IMG/VR virus record: IMGVR_UViG_3300032516_000001
Span: 124,001 to 188,000 of that record
Reading direction: 5' to 3' (one strand)
DNA: 64,000 nucleotides
Shown: in pieces, positions 45,448 to 55,122 of the stretch
Numbering within the stretch: position 1 is the stretch's first letter
How the letters are laid out: every line of letters begins with the position of its first letter
Program-made: the position numbers and the translations under genes
The notes under the pieces: generated by a model
Told to the model about the DNA's origin: nothing
The model's database searches: none
The model's input: only the letters and a program-made list of their open reading frames with translations

Positions 45448-46078
45448 ATATGATTGCTGCCACGCGTTTAGCTATGGCTGCCAAATTCACGCTCATTCTA
45501 GAATACGTAATTCCAGTCAAATTATCCGCAATTTCTTCCATGGCATCCAGATCTTTATGTTTAGCAGCACTGGCTAAGCCGCCCATAAAGTCTTTTAAAG
45601 CAGCAGTGTCTAATATCTCATCGACACCAGGAGTTTTAGATATCTGGATCCCAAGATTTACAATAGATGAAACTAAAGAGGCATCACCGGTCTGTTCAAT
45701 TAAATCTGTAGCATTTAATATAGAATTCTTGAGAGCCATGATGGCCCCCTTGGAATTTCTGTTACTTATATTATTTCTTATTGAAGTTAAATTCTGTTCT
45801 ACCAACGTCCCGGGATCATAACCACTCTTGCGCTTCTTGCCCTTCTTCTTACCCTTTCCTTTCCCCTTCATGTGCTTGAAAGCTTCGACTTGCTGTAATC
45901 TTTTGCTCGCTTCTTCTTTAGTATCATAGCAGCCCCCATTCCAATCAGGGGATTTTTTTGACTTAACGCAATATTTACCATCTTCTTTCTTTATATATGC
46001 TAAGCGAGTACTTGTTTCAATAGCCAATTCGGATATCCTGGCAGCTATAGATGCATTCCTGAATACATAATTATCCAT
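45434..46078 (-). CDS. Hypothetical, probably head-associated protein
   Basis: SIAARIS near the N-terminus and IAKRVAA at the C-terminus; KEDGKYCVKS..GCYDTKEEA.KRLQQVE.FKH motif common in phage head-related proteins. Confidence 0.6.
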   Translation of the reverse strand: MDNYVFRNASIAARISELAIETSTRLAYIKKEDGKYCVKSKKSPDWNGGCYDTKEEASKRLQQVEAFKHMKGKGKGKKKGKKRKSGYDPGTLVEQNLTSIRNNISNRNSKGAIMALKNSILNATDLIEQTGDASLVSSIVNLGIQISKTPGVDEILDTAALKDFMGGLASAAKHKDLDAMEEIADNLTGITYSRMSVNLAAIAKRVAAIIFKIL

Positions 46079-46136
46079 GCTATTAATATATAATAAAAGG
46101 CCCGAAAATTCCAGACTGTCTAAAGTATGAAATTAT

Positions 46137-46778
46137 ATGCTGAATGGATTTACTTGGTGGAAATACGTTATGAAACCGGTCTTGATTAATGAAAAAGTAT
46201 TTGAAGGACTGGATCCATTGAGTTATACAATGGAACCAAAATTCGACGGCTATCGAATCCCTACTATTGCAGGATCTGATCGAGTTTTCACTTTTACCCG
46301 ACAGAAGAACCCGTTGAAACTCCCCGCGACTCTCCAAGATGAACTCAATAGCCTTAATCTACCGGCCGGCACAGTCCTTGATGGAGAAATCTGGAGTCCA
46401 GCTAAACGAGGAGGATGGGATAATCTTCCACAAGGACAATGTAAATTATCCTTTTGGGACGTAATCCGGGAAGGGACTAAAGACGTTTCAAGTGAGTCAA
46501 TCGAAACCCGTCGTCAAATTCTTACTAATTTACTGTCTAATTCTACCCCGAATATCATGCAAGCGACTGTGTATGCTGTGTCATTTGAAAATTTGCGAAT
46601 GCTCGAGCAACAGGCACGAGAAGTTAGAGATGGCCAGGCACTACGTTCCGGCTTCATTCATGGTGTTGTGTTGAAGCGAAACGGGTCACCACGACGAGAT
46701 CATGCATGTAGATCTGTCGAACATCCTGATTGGCTTAAAATTGTGTACCGTGATCTCTCCGGATGGGCGCCAAGATAA
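46137..46778 (+). CDS. ATP-dependent ligase-like nucleotidyltransferase domain with no OB domain
   Basis: Motif I EPKFDGYR, III VLDGEI, IIIa SFWDVI, IV HGVVLK, V WLKI; only 213 aa. Confidence 0.8.
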   Translation: MLNGFTWWKYVMKPVLINEKVFEGLDPLSYTMEPKFDGYRIPTIAGSDRVFTFTRQKNPLKLPATLQDELNSLNLPAGTVLDGEIWSPAKRGGWDNLPQGQCKLSFWDVIREGTKDVSSESIETRRQILTNLLSNSTPNIMQATVYAVSFENLRMLEQQAREVRDGQALRSGFIHGVVLKRNGSPRRDHACRSVEHPDWLKIVYRDLSGWAPR

Positions 46779-47062
46779 TTTTTATTCCTAAGTTAAATGT
46801 GACCAAGGATTACGCACCTGATACTATTGATGCTGCCATAATCGCTACCTTAAAAATGCTCTTTAGAGGCAAAGCCGTTGTATGGCAGGGTGCTAGAATG
46901 TATACGGCTGGTGGTACTACATGTATAAATGGGAAACCAGTTGGTGATATGGTGAGTGCCACATTCGTGTGGTTCACACAATACAGCACAGCTGACCCAT
47001 ATAAGAGTCATTGGGGGGAATCATCGTCTTCTGTTGAATTTCTTAGGAGACGATTTACTTAA
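46763..47062 (+). CDS. Hypothetical protein
   Basis: 99-aa ORF overlapping the end of the ligase-like gene. Confidence 0.45.
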   Translation: MGAKIIFIPKLNVTKDYAPDTIDAAIIATLKMLFRGKAVVWQGARMYTAGGTTCINGKPVGDMVSATFVWFTQYSTADPYKSHWGESSSSVEFLRRRFT

Positions 47063-47867
47063 TATCGGTCAAAATTTTCATGATATTCAAATTGAATTCT
47101 GGATCATATCTCCAATCGATAGTATTATTTACAAAGGAATGGATTACTTCTGATAATGGTAACGGTGAAGAAAATTCTATAGAGTTATTTAATTTCAAAC
47201 TTGGTATTAATCCATCATACATTATATATCCATCACTACCAATTACAGAAAATTTCCTTTCTTTACAGTTATGTCCGTTTCCAACTTTGATTGTGGCGTG
47301 AATCCCAACGAAATCTAACTCTAGAATATATATCTCTCCAGGATTTTTCTCCTCTTTAGTAATCTTAATTGAGTTTGGATAATTTTTAGTAACTCCAAAA
47401 CACATAGATAAATCATGTGGACCATAATCCAAAAGCGAAGAATATTCGCGGAACGGACCATGATTTAAACCGAATGATTCGATATTGAATGGGTGCTCCC
47501 AATTGGAAACCATGCTTCGTAATGCAACATAAGCCGGCGAAAATAGATGAGTATTATCAATTAAAATAGTTGTATTCTGCCTCTGCGCAGTATTAAAAAT
47601 AGCTTCGGCATCTCCTAGAGTCTCAGCGACTGGCTTTTCAAGTAGAACCGGTATCCCAGCCTCAAGAAAATGAGTGGCTATTTCCCAGTGAGTTGACGGC
47701 GGAGTAGCTATTATTACTTTATCTATTTTAGATATAATTTCACGGTAATCTGTAATCGGTCCCGTCTTGTCACATATAGCTACAAGCTCGGCGCTCGGGA
47801 CAGATTCGATAGTCTTTATGTAGTTCCTGCCCCAGGCCCCACACCCGACTAACCCCAATCTAATCAT
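47055..47867 (-). CDS. Gfo/Idh/MocA family oxidoreductase
   Basis: GLVGCGAWG, IATPPSTH, VLLEKP. Confidence 0.9.
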   Translation of the reverse strand: MIRLGLVGCGAWGRNYIKTIESVPSAELVAICDKTGPITDYREIISKIDKVIIATPPSTHWEIATHFLEAGIPVLLEKPVAETLGDAEAIFNTAQRQNTTILIDNTHLFSPAYVALRSMVSNWEHPFNIESFGLNHGPFREYSSLLDYGPHDLSMCFGVTKNYPNSIKITKEEKNPGEIYILELDFVGIHATIKVGNGHNCKERKFSVIGSDGYIMYDGLIPSLKLNNSIEFSSPLPLSEVIHSFVNNTIDWRYDPEFNLNIMKILTDIK

Positions 47868-50800
47868 TCAGCATATGCTTTTTCAGCCCATTTGAAGAAA
47901 CGGGTTAATCCCTCTCGTAATGAAATTTTCGGATTATATCCAATTTGACTCTGGGCTTTCGTGATATCTGGACAACGTCGATTCGGTTCATCAGCCGGAT
48001 AACTATCAGGATATTCGGCCACGTTATATTCTATTTTTCTATCCAATGCTCTTTCGATTTCTTTCACTAAATCAAGCACAGATATTTCGGGAGTTGGATT
48101 CCCAATATTATATGGTTCGCCAGGTACGCCATTAACCAACACCTGTAAGAACCCACGGATTGCATCCGTAGCATAACAGAACGTCCTGGTTTGATTACCA
48201 GTTCCATAAACTTGCAGAGGTTTCTTCTCTAAAACTTTGGCTCCAAAATTTGGCAAAACACGATAATCAGTCTTCTGCATACCCGGTCCATAACAATTAT
48301 GACACATGATTCCTAAATCGCCCCCAAAGAAATTTTCTGTTCCGGGAACCGTAAAATCATACACAAAACCATCAATGGTTTTGCGATCAATAGACTTAAT
48401 CTCCGCAAAAGCAATATCAGCATGGACGTCACTCCCATTCCTAGGAGAAAGCTCATGAAGTTTATCCACTTCAGTACCATTTACACCATGAACCTCAATT
48501 CGATGAGCCGTGACATAATTCTTGTGTTTGGCTGCTCTTGTTCTAAATGAGTGGACCGAACCAAGAAGCCCGAGGCGAAGAAGAAGAGCATTTAACCCCT
48601 GAATTACACCCCAATTTGAGTTATTAAAAAGAATAAACTTCCCAGTTGTTTTCGCGTCATGATTTCCATCCCCACACCAGAATCCATGAAGAAATTTTGA
48701 TATTCTATGTTTCGGTAATTTTAATACCCATCCTGGGACACACTTTGAACTTCCAGCCCCAGCCATGCCAAAGCTCTTGAAAAGTTCAACAAGGACTCTA
48801 GAATGAATAATCATAATAGGCGTTTTTGTCCTATCGATATTAATTAACGAATTTATACCAAATAACTCTTTAATGATGCGCGCCACTTTATCTAAATATT
48901 TTTTGTGTTTATCTGAATATTCAAGAGAATAAGATCCACCACTGTCACAAACATGACCATCAGCTAGGGTGTAGCCAAATAACCACAAAAGACTGTCAAT
49001 ATCCGAAATATAGTTACTGATAAATTTATCCGAACTTCTATAACATACAGATTCTTCCTTCACATGAGGAATTGATGCTGATTTAAAAATCCCAGCCGGA
49101 ATCCTATCATTTGAATCCCATTTTAAACAATTAGCAGAAAATAACCTTGATGCGACTCCGTAATCACCCGCTGCCTTTCTAAGAATGGGCGGACGGGATA
49201 AAATGACTTCTCTAATTACTTCCGAACGAAGAGATAAACCTTCATTTGGGATTTTGTCGGAAATGAAAAATGGAAGAAGATCGCTCTCTGGGATAGGCAA
49301 ACTCCGCGGAATCACGATTTTGTCACCAACATTCAAATCCTTCCCAGCTACAGCTCTGATTTCTCCATTTATAAAACGAAAAAGGTCATGATCCTCTGTA
49401 ACGGTAATAGACCTGCCCCACTTAGTATGGAAAGTAATAACTTCTTCGTTTACTTTGCGTCGAAGAATGGCCGATATAGAACGCATTATCACTCGCCCAT
49501 CAGTATTAAAAGACGGGACGGTAACTCCACCAGGAGATCCCCCAGTACGTTCATAGCACTTTTCAAAGCTTTCAAATAATAACTCTCCATCCTTTTCATA
49601 TAAAACTTTTTGATCCCCAGTCAAACAATTGAATGGACGGACTATCTTACCCTGCACCCCATAATGTTCATGGAAGATTTGAACAAGCGTCTCCCCCAAT
49701 CGCTTGCTTTCATCATAACAATTGCCGCACCAGACAGCTTTCCCATTACGACGAACACATATGATGTGGTTTTTCACATTGACACAATAAACACGCCCAT
49801 CATATTCATAACGTTTAATATTAGTTATTTTAGCATATCTCGGGCGTCTAATATTTACATGATAAAGACCTCTGACTGACTGACTTATGCAAGCAGCGTA
49901 ACCAACTCGTAGTGCTAATTCTTGTACATCATCAGCAAGTTTCTTAGACTTAGTGTAATAGATTATATGACCACCTTTCCTACCATTTTTTGCTTTTTTA
50001 ACGGTTCCATCTCCTAGTACCAAAGCATCAAGCAAAATTTTAGATTGACGAGGTGACAAATTCATATACTCACGTGGTACATATTTATCACCAGCTTTAC
50101 CAAGCGGTTTTAATAAATTAACCAAAAATTTACTACAAATTCTAAATTGATGATGATCTGAATCCATGTAATTTATACCGATACGATCCAGACAAGCAGA
50201 TATTTTTTTACGACCTTCAAGTTTAACTTGTGATATCAAGATATAATATCTTGATACATCATAAATTTTTCCATCTTCACTCATTTTAACAAAATGACAT
50301 CCACTCCGCTTTTCTTTGGTTTTTCTAGTATAAGCGCATCCTTCTGATATATAATAACCAAGAAATTCAAGCCAGTCATCCATACTTATTTTCTTCAAAT
50401 CTGGCCTAAATCGAGACGGATTTTCACTGAATTCCATCCATTTTTTCTCCGCTCCAGTAAAATTGGCCCCGGTCGGCACCCCCCAAGAGGGGCCGTATTT
50501 GATGTTACCAGCTTTGATAAATCGAAATTTCCCTATTTTATCTTTGACATATAAATTGTGATCTGGCGTAACATTTAAATCTGTTACTGTGCTAGAAAAT
50601 TGAACCATGTCACCTTTATGTTTGTACTCGATATATTCAGTCGGAACGTGATATTCAACTATTCCTTCAGGATTAAGTGTAGCAACACTAATTTCTTTTG
50701 TTAGTTTAGAAAACGATTCCCATCCGTTCTCAGTTAAAATCTCAGTTTTGTCGTCGTAACATGCCCGTTTGCCAAGAGAACTGACATTACCCCAATAGCT

Positions 50801-51301
50801 TTCAGCCGTCGGAACCCGTTTTGGATCCGGGTCCCCATAAATTTCACTGGAGCTAAAGAAAAGCAACTTAGCATTCGGTTGCCTTTTAGCTAATTCCAAA
50901 ACATTCGTTAACCCGGTGGTAGCGACCTGCAACGTCTCTAATGGGTATCTCCGATAATAGTAAGGACTGGCTATGCCGGCTGCATGTATTACAAAGTCCA
51001 CCGGTCTTTCTGGATAAAATGGTTTAATTATATCATGTTCAACAAATGCCATGTCCCGCGAAATAGGAACATCCTTACCTTTTTCGCCAGCAGTAATGAA
51101 ATTATCTAAAACAATGAGTTCACATAGCGGTTTCCCATTATCCCAGAATAAATTTTTGTTCAAATAAATAAAGACATCGCTGAAATATCTGCCGAGGAAC
51201 CCACGCCCACCGGTTATGAGTATTCTCTTTCCCGAGAACTCCCAAGCGAGATCGCCCAGGCTCTCAGCAATTTCTTCTATATCACTCTTCAATAAAAACA
51301 T
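47864..51301 (-). CDS. NAD-dependent epimerase/dehydratase (UDP-glucuronate decarboxylase-like) containing two inteins
   Basis: TGGRGFLG, HAAGIASP..Y, SSSEIYGDP, YWGNV..RA|CYDESKRLGE, RPFN|CYGP; the spliced product would be 354 aa. Confidence 0.9.
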   Translation of the reverse strand: MFLLKSDIEEIAESLGDLAWEFSGKRILITGGRGFLGRYFSDVFIYLNKNLFWDNGKPLCELIVLDNFITAGEKGKDVPISRDMAFVEHDIIKPFYPERPVDFVIHAAGIASPYYYRRYPLETLQVATTGLTNVLELAKRQPNAKLLFFSSSEIYGDPDPKRVPTAESYWGNVSSLGKRACYDDKTEILTENGWESFSKLTKEISVATLNPEGIVEYHVPTEYIEYKHKGDMVQFSSTVTDLNVTPDHNLYVKDKIGKFRFIKAGNIKYGPSWGVPTGANFTGAEKKWMEFSENPSRFRPDLKKISMDDWLEFLGYYISEGCAYTRKTKEKRSGCHFVKMSEDGKIYDVSRYYILISQVKLEGRKKISACLDRIGINYMDSDHHQFRICSKFLVNLLKPLGKAGDKYVPREYMNLSPRQSKILLDALVLGDGTVKKAKNGRKGGHIIYYTKSKKLADDVQELALRVGYAACISQSVRGLYHVNIRRPRYAKITNIKRYEYDGRVYCVNVKNHIICVRRNGKAVWCGNCYDESKRLGETLVQIFHEHYGVQGKIVRPFNCLTGDQKVLYEKDGELLFESFEKCYERTGGSPGGVTVPSFNTDGRVIMRSISAILRRKVNEEVITFHTKWGRSITVTEDHDLFRFINGEIRAVAGKDLNVGDKIVIPRSLPIPESDLLPFFISDKIPNEGLSLRSEVIREVILSRPPILRKAAGDYGVASRLFSANCLKWDSNDRIPAGIFKSASIPHVKEESVCYRSSDKFISNYISDIDSLLWLFGYTLADGHVCDSGGSYSLEYSDKHKKYLDKVARIIKELFGINSLINIDRTKTPIMIIHSRVLVELFKSFGMAGAGSSKCVPGWVLKLPKHRISKFLHGFWCGDGNHDAKTTGKFILFNNSNWGVIQGLNALLLRLGLLGSVHSFRTRAAKHKNYVTAHRIEVHGVNGTEVDKLHELSPRNGSDVHADIAFAEIKSIDRKTIDGFVYDFTVPGTENFFGGDLGIMCHNCYGPGMQKTDYRVLPNFGAKVLEKKPLQVYGTGNQTRTFCYATDAIRGFLQVLVNGVPGEPYNIGNPTPEISVLDLVKEIERALDRKIEYNVAEYPDSYPADEPNRRCPDITKAQSQIGYNPKISLREGLTRFFKWAEKAYAE
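48296..49627 (-). mobile_element. Intein 2 (444 aa) with a LAGLIDADG endonuclease
   Basis: Starts CLTGDQKV; TEDHDL; LFGYTLADG and FLHGFWCGDG; ends VYDFTV..IMCHN; +1 residue is Cys. Confidence 0.92.
49721..50761 (-). mobile_element. Intein 1 (347 aa) with a LAGLIDADG endonuclease
   Basis: Starts CYDDKTEILTENGW; block B TPDHNL; LAGLIDADG helices FLGYYISEG and LLDALVLGDG; ends VWCGN; +1 residue is Cys. Confidence 0.9.
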
Positions 51302-52519
51302 CTAACACTCCTTGAATTCCGGAATCGGAATTATGAACTTTCCGCCCTTTTGATGAAACGATTCGTTTTTCTGCATTATCGGATCAGCGAAATTCCAGGC
51401 CAAAATCAGCATGTAATTCGGGTTAAAACTAACGGCTCCAACACTAGACATGATCGGTATGTCAGTTCCAGGAATAAATTTGCCTTGTTTTAATGGACTA
51501 TCATCAATAATGCATTTTATATGATCAGAAGTCAACCTGAATTGATGAACTAAGGTCGTTGCTTTAGCAGGAGCACCGTATCCTATAACGGTCTTATTCC
51601 TTAATTTTAACTCATCTAATTTATTTGAGAGTTTAACTCCTAAATTAATGATTTTTGATTCAAATTCAGTGAAATTCAAATTCTTTTCCATTGATTCCGC
51701 AATTTCGACATTCTTCGAAATTGGACGCATGCCAAGATCAACATAACATCGAATCGATCCCCCATGAGTGTTGATGAAATCAACATCAAATAACCTCATC
51801 CCGTGAACTTTGAAGAATGAGATCAAAGGACTAATAGTGTGATATGACAAATGCTCATGGTAGATTGTATCAAATAGCAAATTCTTCAGCACATCAACTA
51901 AGTATGACACCTCGAATACAAACACACCATCTGGTTTGAGTAGTATTTTTACTCCTGACACAATATCGTGTAAATCATCGATATGAGCAAAAACGTTATT
52001 AGCTGTAATTGCATCTACCTGGCCATGATTTTCAACCATCATAGTGGCTAACTGACTATTGAAAAATTCTGGTAAAGTCATCAATCCATCACGGGTAGCC
52101 TGTCTAGCTATGGCAAAAGCCGGATCTACACCAAAAACAGACGCCCCAATATTATGCAAGCATTTTAAAAGTGTCCCATCATTGCTTCCGATATCTACTA
52201 CTGTAGATTGGTAACCAATCTTGAATCGATTGGCCAACATATCAGCATATGATTCAAAATGTTTAACAAACACCGGGCTCGTACCAGATACGTACACATA
52301 ATCTCTAAATAATCTTTCTGGGTCTACAATTATAGGTAATTGTACGTGCTTGCATTTGTCACATTGAACTAGGTATAACGGGAATTTTTCCTGATTTTTG
52401 GATTTTTCAGGATCGCGCAGTAACTCATTGGCAAGGGGTGTAGAATTGAGTTTGATTTTGGGGTCAAGCTGGTCGTGTCCACACAGTCTACAGTTAAGTC
52501 TAATATGATAATCAGCCAT
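51302..52519 (-). CDS. NDP-sugar C-methyltransferase (Zn-binding N-terminus, class I SAM)
   Basis: CRLCG..PLAN..YPL..C..C..VQL, DIGSNDG, IYHEH, HGGSIR, GYGAPAK, ILAWNF. Confidence 0.9.
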   Translation of the reverse strand: MADYHIRLNCRLCGHDQLDPKIKLNSTPLANELLRDPEKSKNQEKFPLYLVQCDKCKHVQLPIIVDPERLFRDYVYVSGTSPVFVKHFESYADMLANRFKIGYQSTVVDIGSNDGTLLKCLHNIGASVFGVDPAFAIARQATRDGLMTLPEFFNSQLATMMVENHGQVDAITANNVFAHIDDLHDIVSGVKILLKPDGVFVFEVSYLVDVLKNLLFDTIYHEHLSYHTISPLISFFKVHGMRLFDVDFINTHGGSIRCYVDLGMRPISKNVEIAESMEKNLNFTEFESKIINLGVKLSNKLDELKLRNKTVIGYGAPAKATTLVHQFRLTSDHIKCIIDDSPLKQGKFIPGTDIPIMSSVGAVSFNPNYMLILAWNFADPIMQKNESFHQKGGKFIIPIPEFKEC

Positions 52520-52552
52520 ATATGACTCTACTTCTTGTGATTTAGCTCTGTT

Positions 52553-53020
52553 TCAATACTTCTGTCGATTAGGGATCATGTCTTTTGTAATAAAACTAAC
52601 TCTTACCAAATCAGATTCATGGCTCTCGTGAGACCTAACATTCCTGGCCATAGTGATAAACGTAGTTTCTATCGGGAAATACATGGCATGTTCCATCATC
52701 GGTGGGGTGAAGAACATCTGTCCAGCCAAAAAAATCTGCGGTTTCGGTATTTCAATATCACCAATTTTTCTTTCAAAATATGTTATTCTACCTGATATTA
52801 TATATGCATAATGCATATCAGTTTTATGGTAGTGATTAGCACGGATAGTGTCGGCTTTACTAGTAATAACAGCTACGCTAGTAACCGGGCGTAAAATCAA
52901 ATTCTGTATAACTCCGGAGTCATTGATGAATGGCTGAGGTAATGGAACGAACCTTTCATTTGGCCAAATTCCACTATCTACGGCCGCAGTATATGCTTCG
53001 TGATCAATGCTACTGTTCAT
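52553..53020 (-). CDS. Cupin-fold sugar isomerase/epimerase-like protein
   Basis: RANHYHK..H....SG and PP...HA cupin motifs; located in the sugar cluster. Confidence 0.7.
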   Translation of the reverse strand: MNSSIDHEAYTAAVDSGIWPNERFVPLPQPFINDSGVIQNLILRPVTSVAVITSKADTIRANHYHKTDMHYAYIISGRITYFERKIGDIEIPKPQIFLAGQMFFTPPMMEHAMYFPIETTFITMARNVRSHESHESDLVRVSFITKDMIPNRQKY

Positions 53021-55113
53021 TTTTGATCCCATTCAACCGGAGAAAGGCCTTCTTCCCCTCTAGTCAATAGACACTTCTCTAAATCGTTTGTTAACGTTGA
53101 CCATTCAAATTTTTTGGCGTGTTCTCTACAACCTTCAGCTAGTCGCCTTCTTGATTTATCATTTTTCAAAATATGAATAAGTTTCTCGACATATTCGTCC
53201 TTATACTGTGCAAACGGAGGCGGAACATTTAACCCAACACCGCCCCATAATTCAGCAAAAGCATCAGCCGTGCATAAGACCGGGACCGTTCCAGCCGCAC
53301 AAGCTTCTAGAACAGTGACTCCAAATGCTTCCGTGTAACGTACTGGATCACATGGATAGGCAAGAATTTCAGAAGTAGCCATCTCTTCTTGAATTCTCTG
53401 TCTACTAACTGACTGATAAGTATGGACACCCTTGTCCTTAAGTCTTTTCATTGCCTCAAGCATGTATCTGGATCTATTAGCAAGCTCCGCCATGAATCCA
53501 GTAGCATTCGTAAGACGCGCGAAGCCCTCTAGCCCACTGAAATTATAGAATATATGAAGAGTGGCGTGCGGCACAGCTTGCTTGATCTTTGGAAATGCCT
53601 CCAACATCCAATGCAATCCGCGGTCATGAGATGAGGCCCAGATCATTTTACCTGGCGTTTTCTCCTTCGGTTTGAAATCATCGGTATTCACGCCATTATA
53701 TAACACTTTCCATTTTTCGGCCGGAAAACCAGAAGCCGGCTTCATGAAATTAGCGTGAGAATGAGAAACCACAGCCAGTGTGTCAACATATGACTCCCAG
53801 CCGGGTTCGCAGAGACTGAAATCGGTAACCTGTTGATCAAAAAGCCTGAATTGGGTTGGGTTAGCTATTTTCAACGGTTCTGGAGTCATCCATGAACACA
53901 AAGCATCCCAATGTTGATCTTTATATATCGATGCCCATTCATCGTAATTGCAACAAACCACGCGTTCTAAATTAGCTGCTTTAGTAATTCCGGTAAATAT
54001 TGTTATCCAATGCCCCCTACGAGCCATTTCGAGGGCATACATGATAAATGTCATTTCAGAACCAGTAAGCCCACGGTCTGATGTCCATATATTATCTACA
54101 TCCATGGGTGCACGTATCTGAGACGGTGGGAAAAAGAACGCGCACCTAAGCTTTCTACTAGATGGCTGTATTGGATCTACTATTGGTTGTATTTGCTTTA
54201 TTTGCTCTCGAGTTCTCTTTATTTGCTCTCGAGTTCCTTTTAAATTCCAGTTATTTACAAGTGGATAACCAAGATTTCTCTTTTTATGCCAAATTGCTTC
54301 ATTTGAGGCATGTGATCTGGATTGCCGTGGAAGAGGAAAAACGCAATCCGCATTAACTACATATACGATATTTGATGGATTGTTAACCCATTGGATACCT
54401 TTATTAGTTAATCGATCAGCGACATTGCTATTTTGATAGGCATAAGCCCCATCTAAATCCTCATCCCAGCCATTGATATCGAGAATTGACGCCAATTTGC
54501 AGCTTTCATTTTTAGCATAGAAGAAAATAGATGAAATACCACCAATTGGCATAGACAACTTTGGATCATTATTGCCTTTAAGTGGATCTATCAGTAATGA
54601 ATCAATCGATTCGCATTCTTGATTTAGAATGCTCCACTTATAGTTGTTGAGCCTCCCGGATCCGATATCAGAAACATATTGATCGACTTGGTTTTCTTGG
54701 TATCTCGGAAAATCGGGGCTTAACTCCGGTAAACTCTTATATTGATTGGGACTTATTAATCCCGCGTTTATCCCATTAGCTTTATGGAACAAAGCATGTG
54801 TCTTTACACAATTTGACGGTAACCAAGTGTAATCATTGATAAATAAAACGACTTCACTATTGGCATGAACTAAGGCGGTATTTATATATCTACCAAGGCT
54901 GTCAAGAGGAAACGGATTACTGATTGGTTCAATATGTCTTACTTTAAAAGCATACAATTTTTGGATTTCTTCAACCTCATTCTTCCTATATTTATAGATT
55001 CCATCCGAAATAATGAGTTCGAAATCAGTGAAAGATTGTTGTGCTAAGCTATTAAATATGATATCAAGTCCACCAACTCGCATCGTTGGCAGAATAATTG
55101 AGATGTACGGCAT
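53017..55113 (-). CDS. Two-domain glycosyltransferase (GT2 + GT4-like)
   Basis: ISIILPT..LIISD..FINDY..GWDED N-terminal half; NGVNTDDF..SSHDRGL..E.FG..VLEA.AAG C-terminal half. Confidence 0.85.
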   Translation of the reverse strand: MPYISIILPTMRVGGLDIIFNSLAQQSFTDFELIISDGIYKYRKNEVEEIQKLYAFKVRHIEPISNPFPLDSLGRYINTALVHANSEVVLFINDYTWLPSNCVKTHALFHKANGINAGLISPNQYKSLPELSPDFPRYQENQVDQYVSDIGSGRLNNYKWSILNQECESIDSLLIDPLKGNNDPKLSMPIGGISSIFFYAKNESCKLASILDINGWDEDLDGAYAYQNSNVADRLTNKGIQWVNNPSNIVYVVNADCVFPLPRQSRSHASNEAIWHKKRNLGYPLVNNWNLKGTREQIKRTREQIKQIQPIVDPIQPSSRKLRCAFFFPPSQIRAPMDVDNIWTSDRGLTGSEMTFIMYALEMARRGHWITIFTGITKAANLERVVCCNYDEWASIYKDQHWDALCSWMTPEPLKIANPTQFRLFDQQVTDFSLCEPGWESYVDTLAVVSHSHANFMKPASGFPAEKWKVLYNGVNTDDFKPKEKTPGKMIWASSHDRGLHWMLEAFPKIKQAVPHATLHIFYNFSGLEGFARLTNATGFMAELANRSRYMLEAMKRLKDKGVHTYQSVSRQRIQEEMATSEILAYPCDPVRYTEAFGVTVLEACAAGTVPVLCTADAFAELWGGVGLNVPPPFAQYKDEYVEKLIHILKNDKSRRRLAEGCREHAKKFEWSTLTNDLEKCLLTRGEEGLSPVEWDQK
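54197..54236. repeat. 21-bp-period tandem duplication in the interdomain linker (TREQIK x2)
   Basis: TTTATTTGCTCTCGAGTTC at 54197 and 54218. Confidence 0.85.
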
Positions 55114-55122
55114 GATATACCT

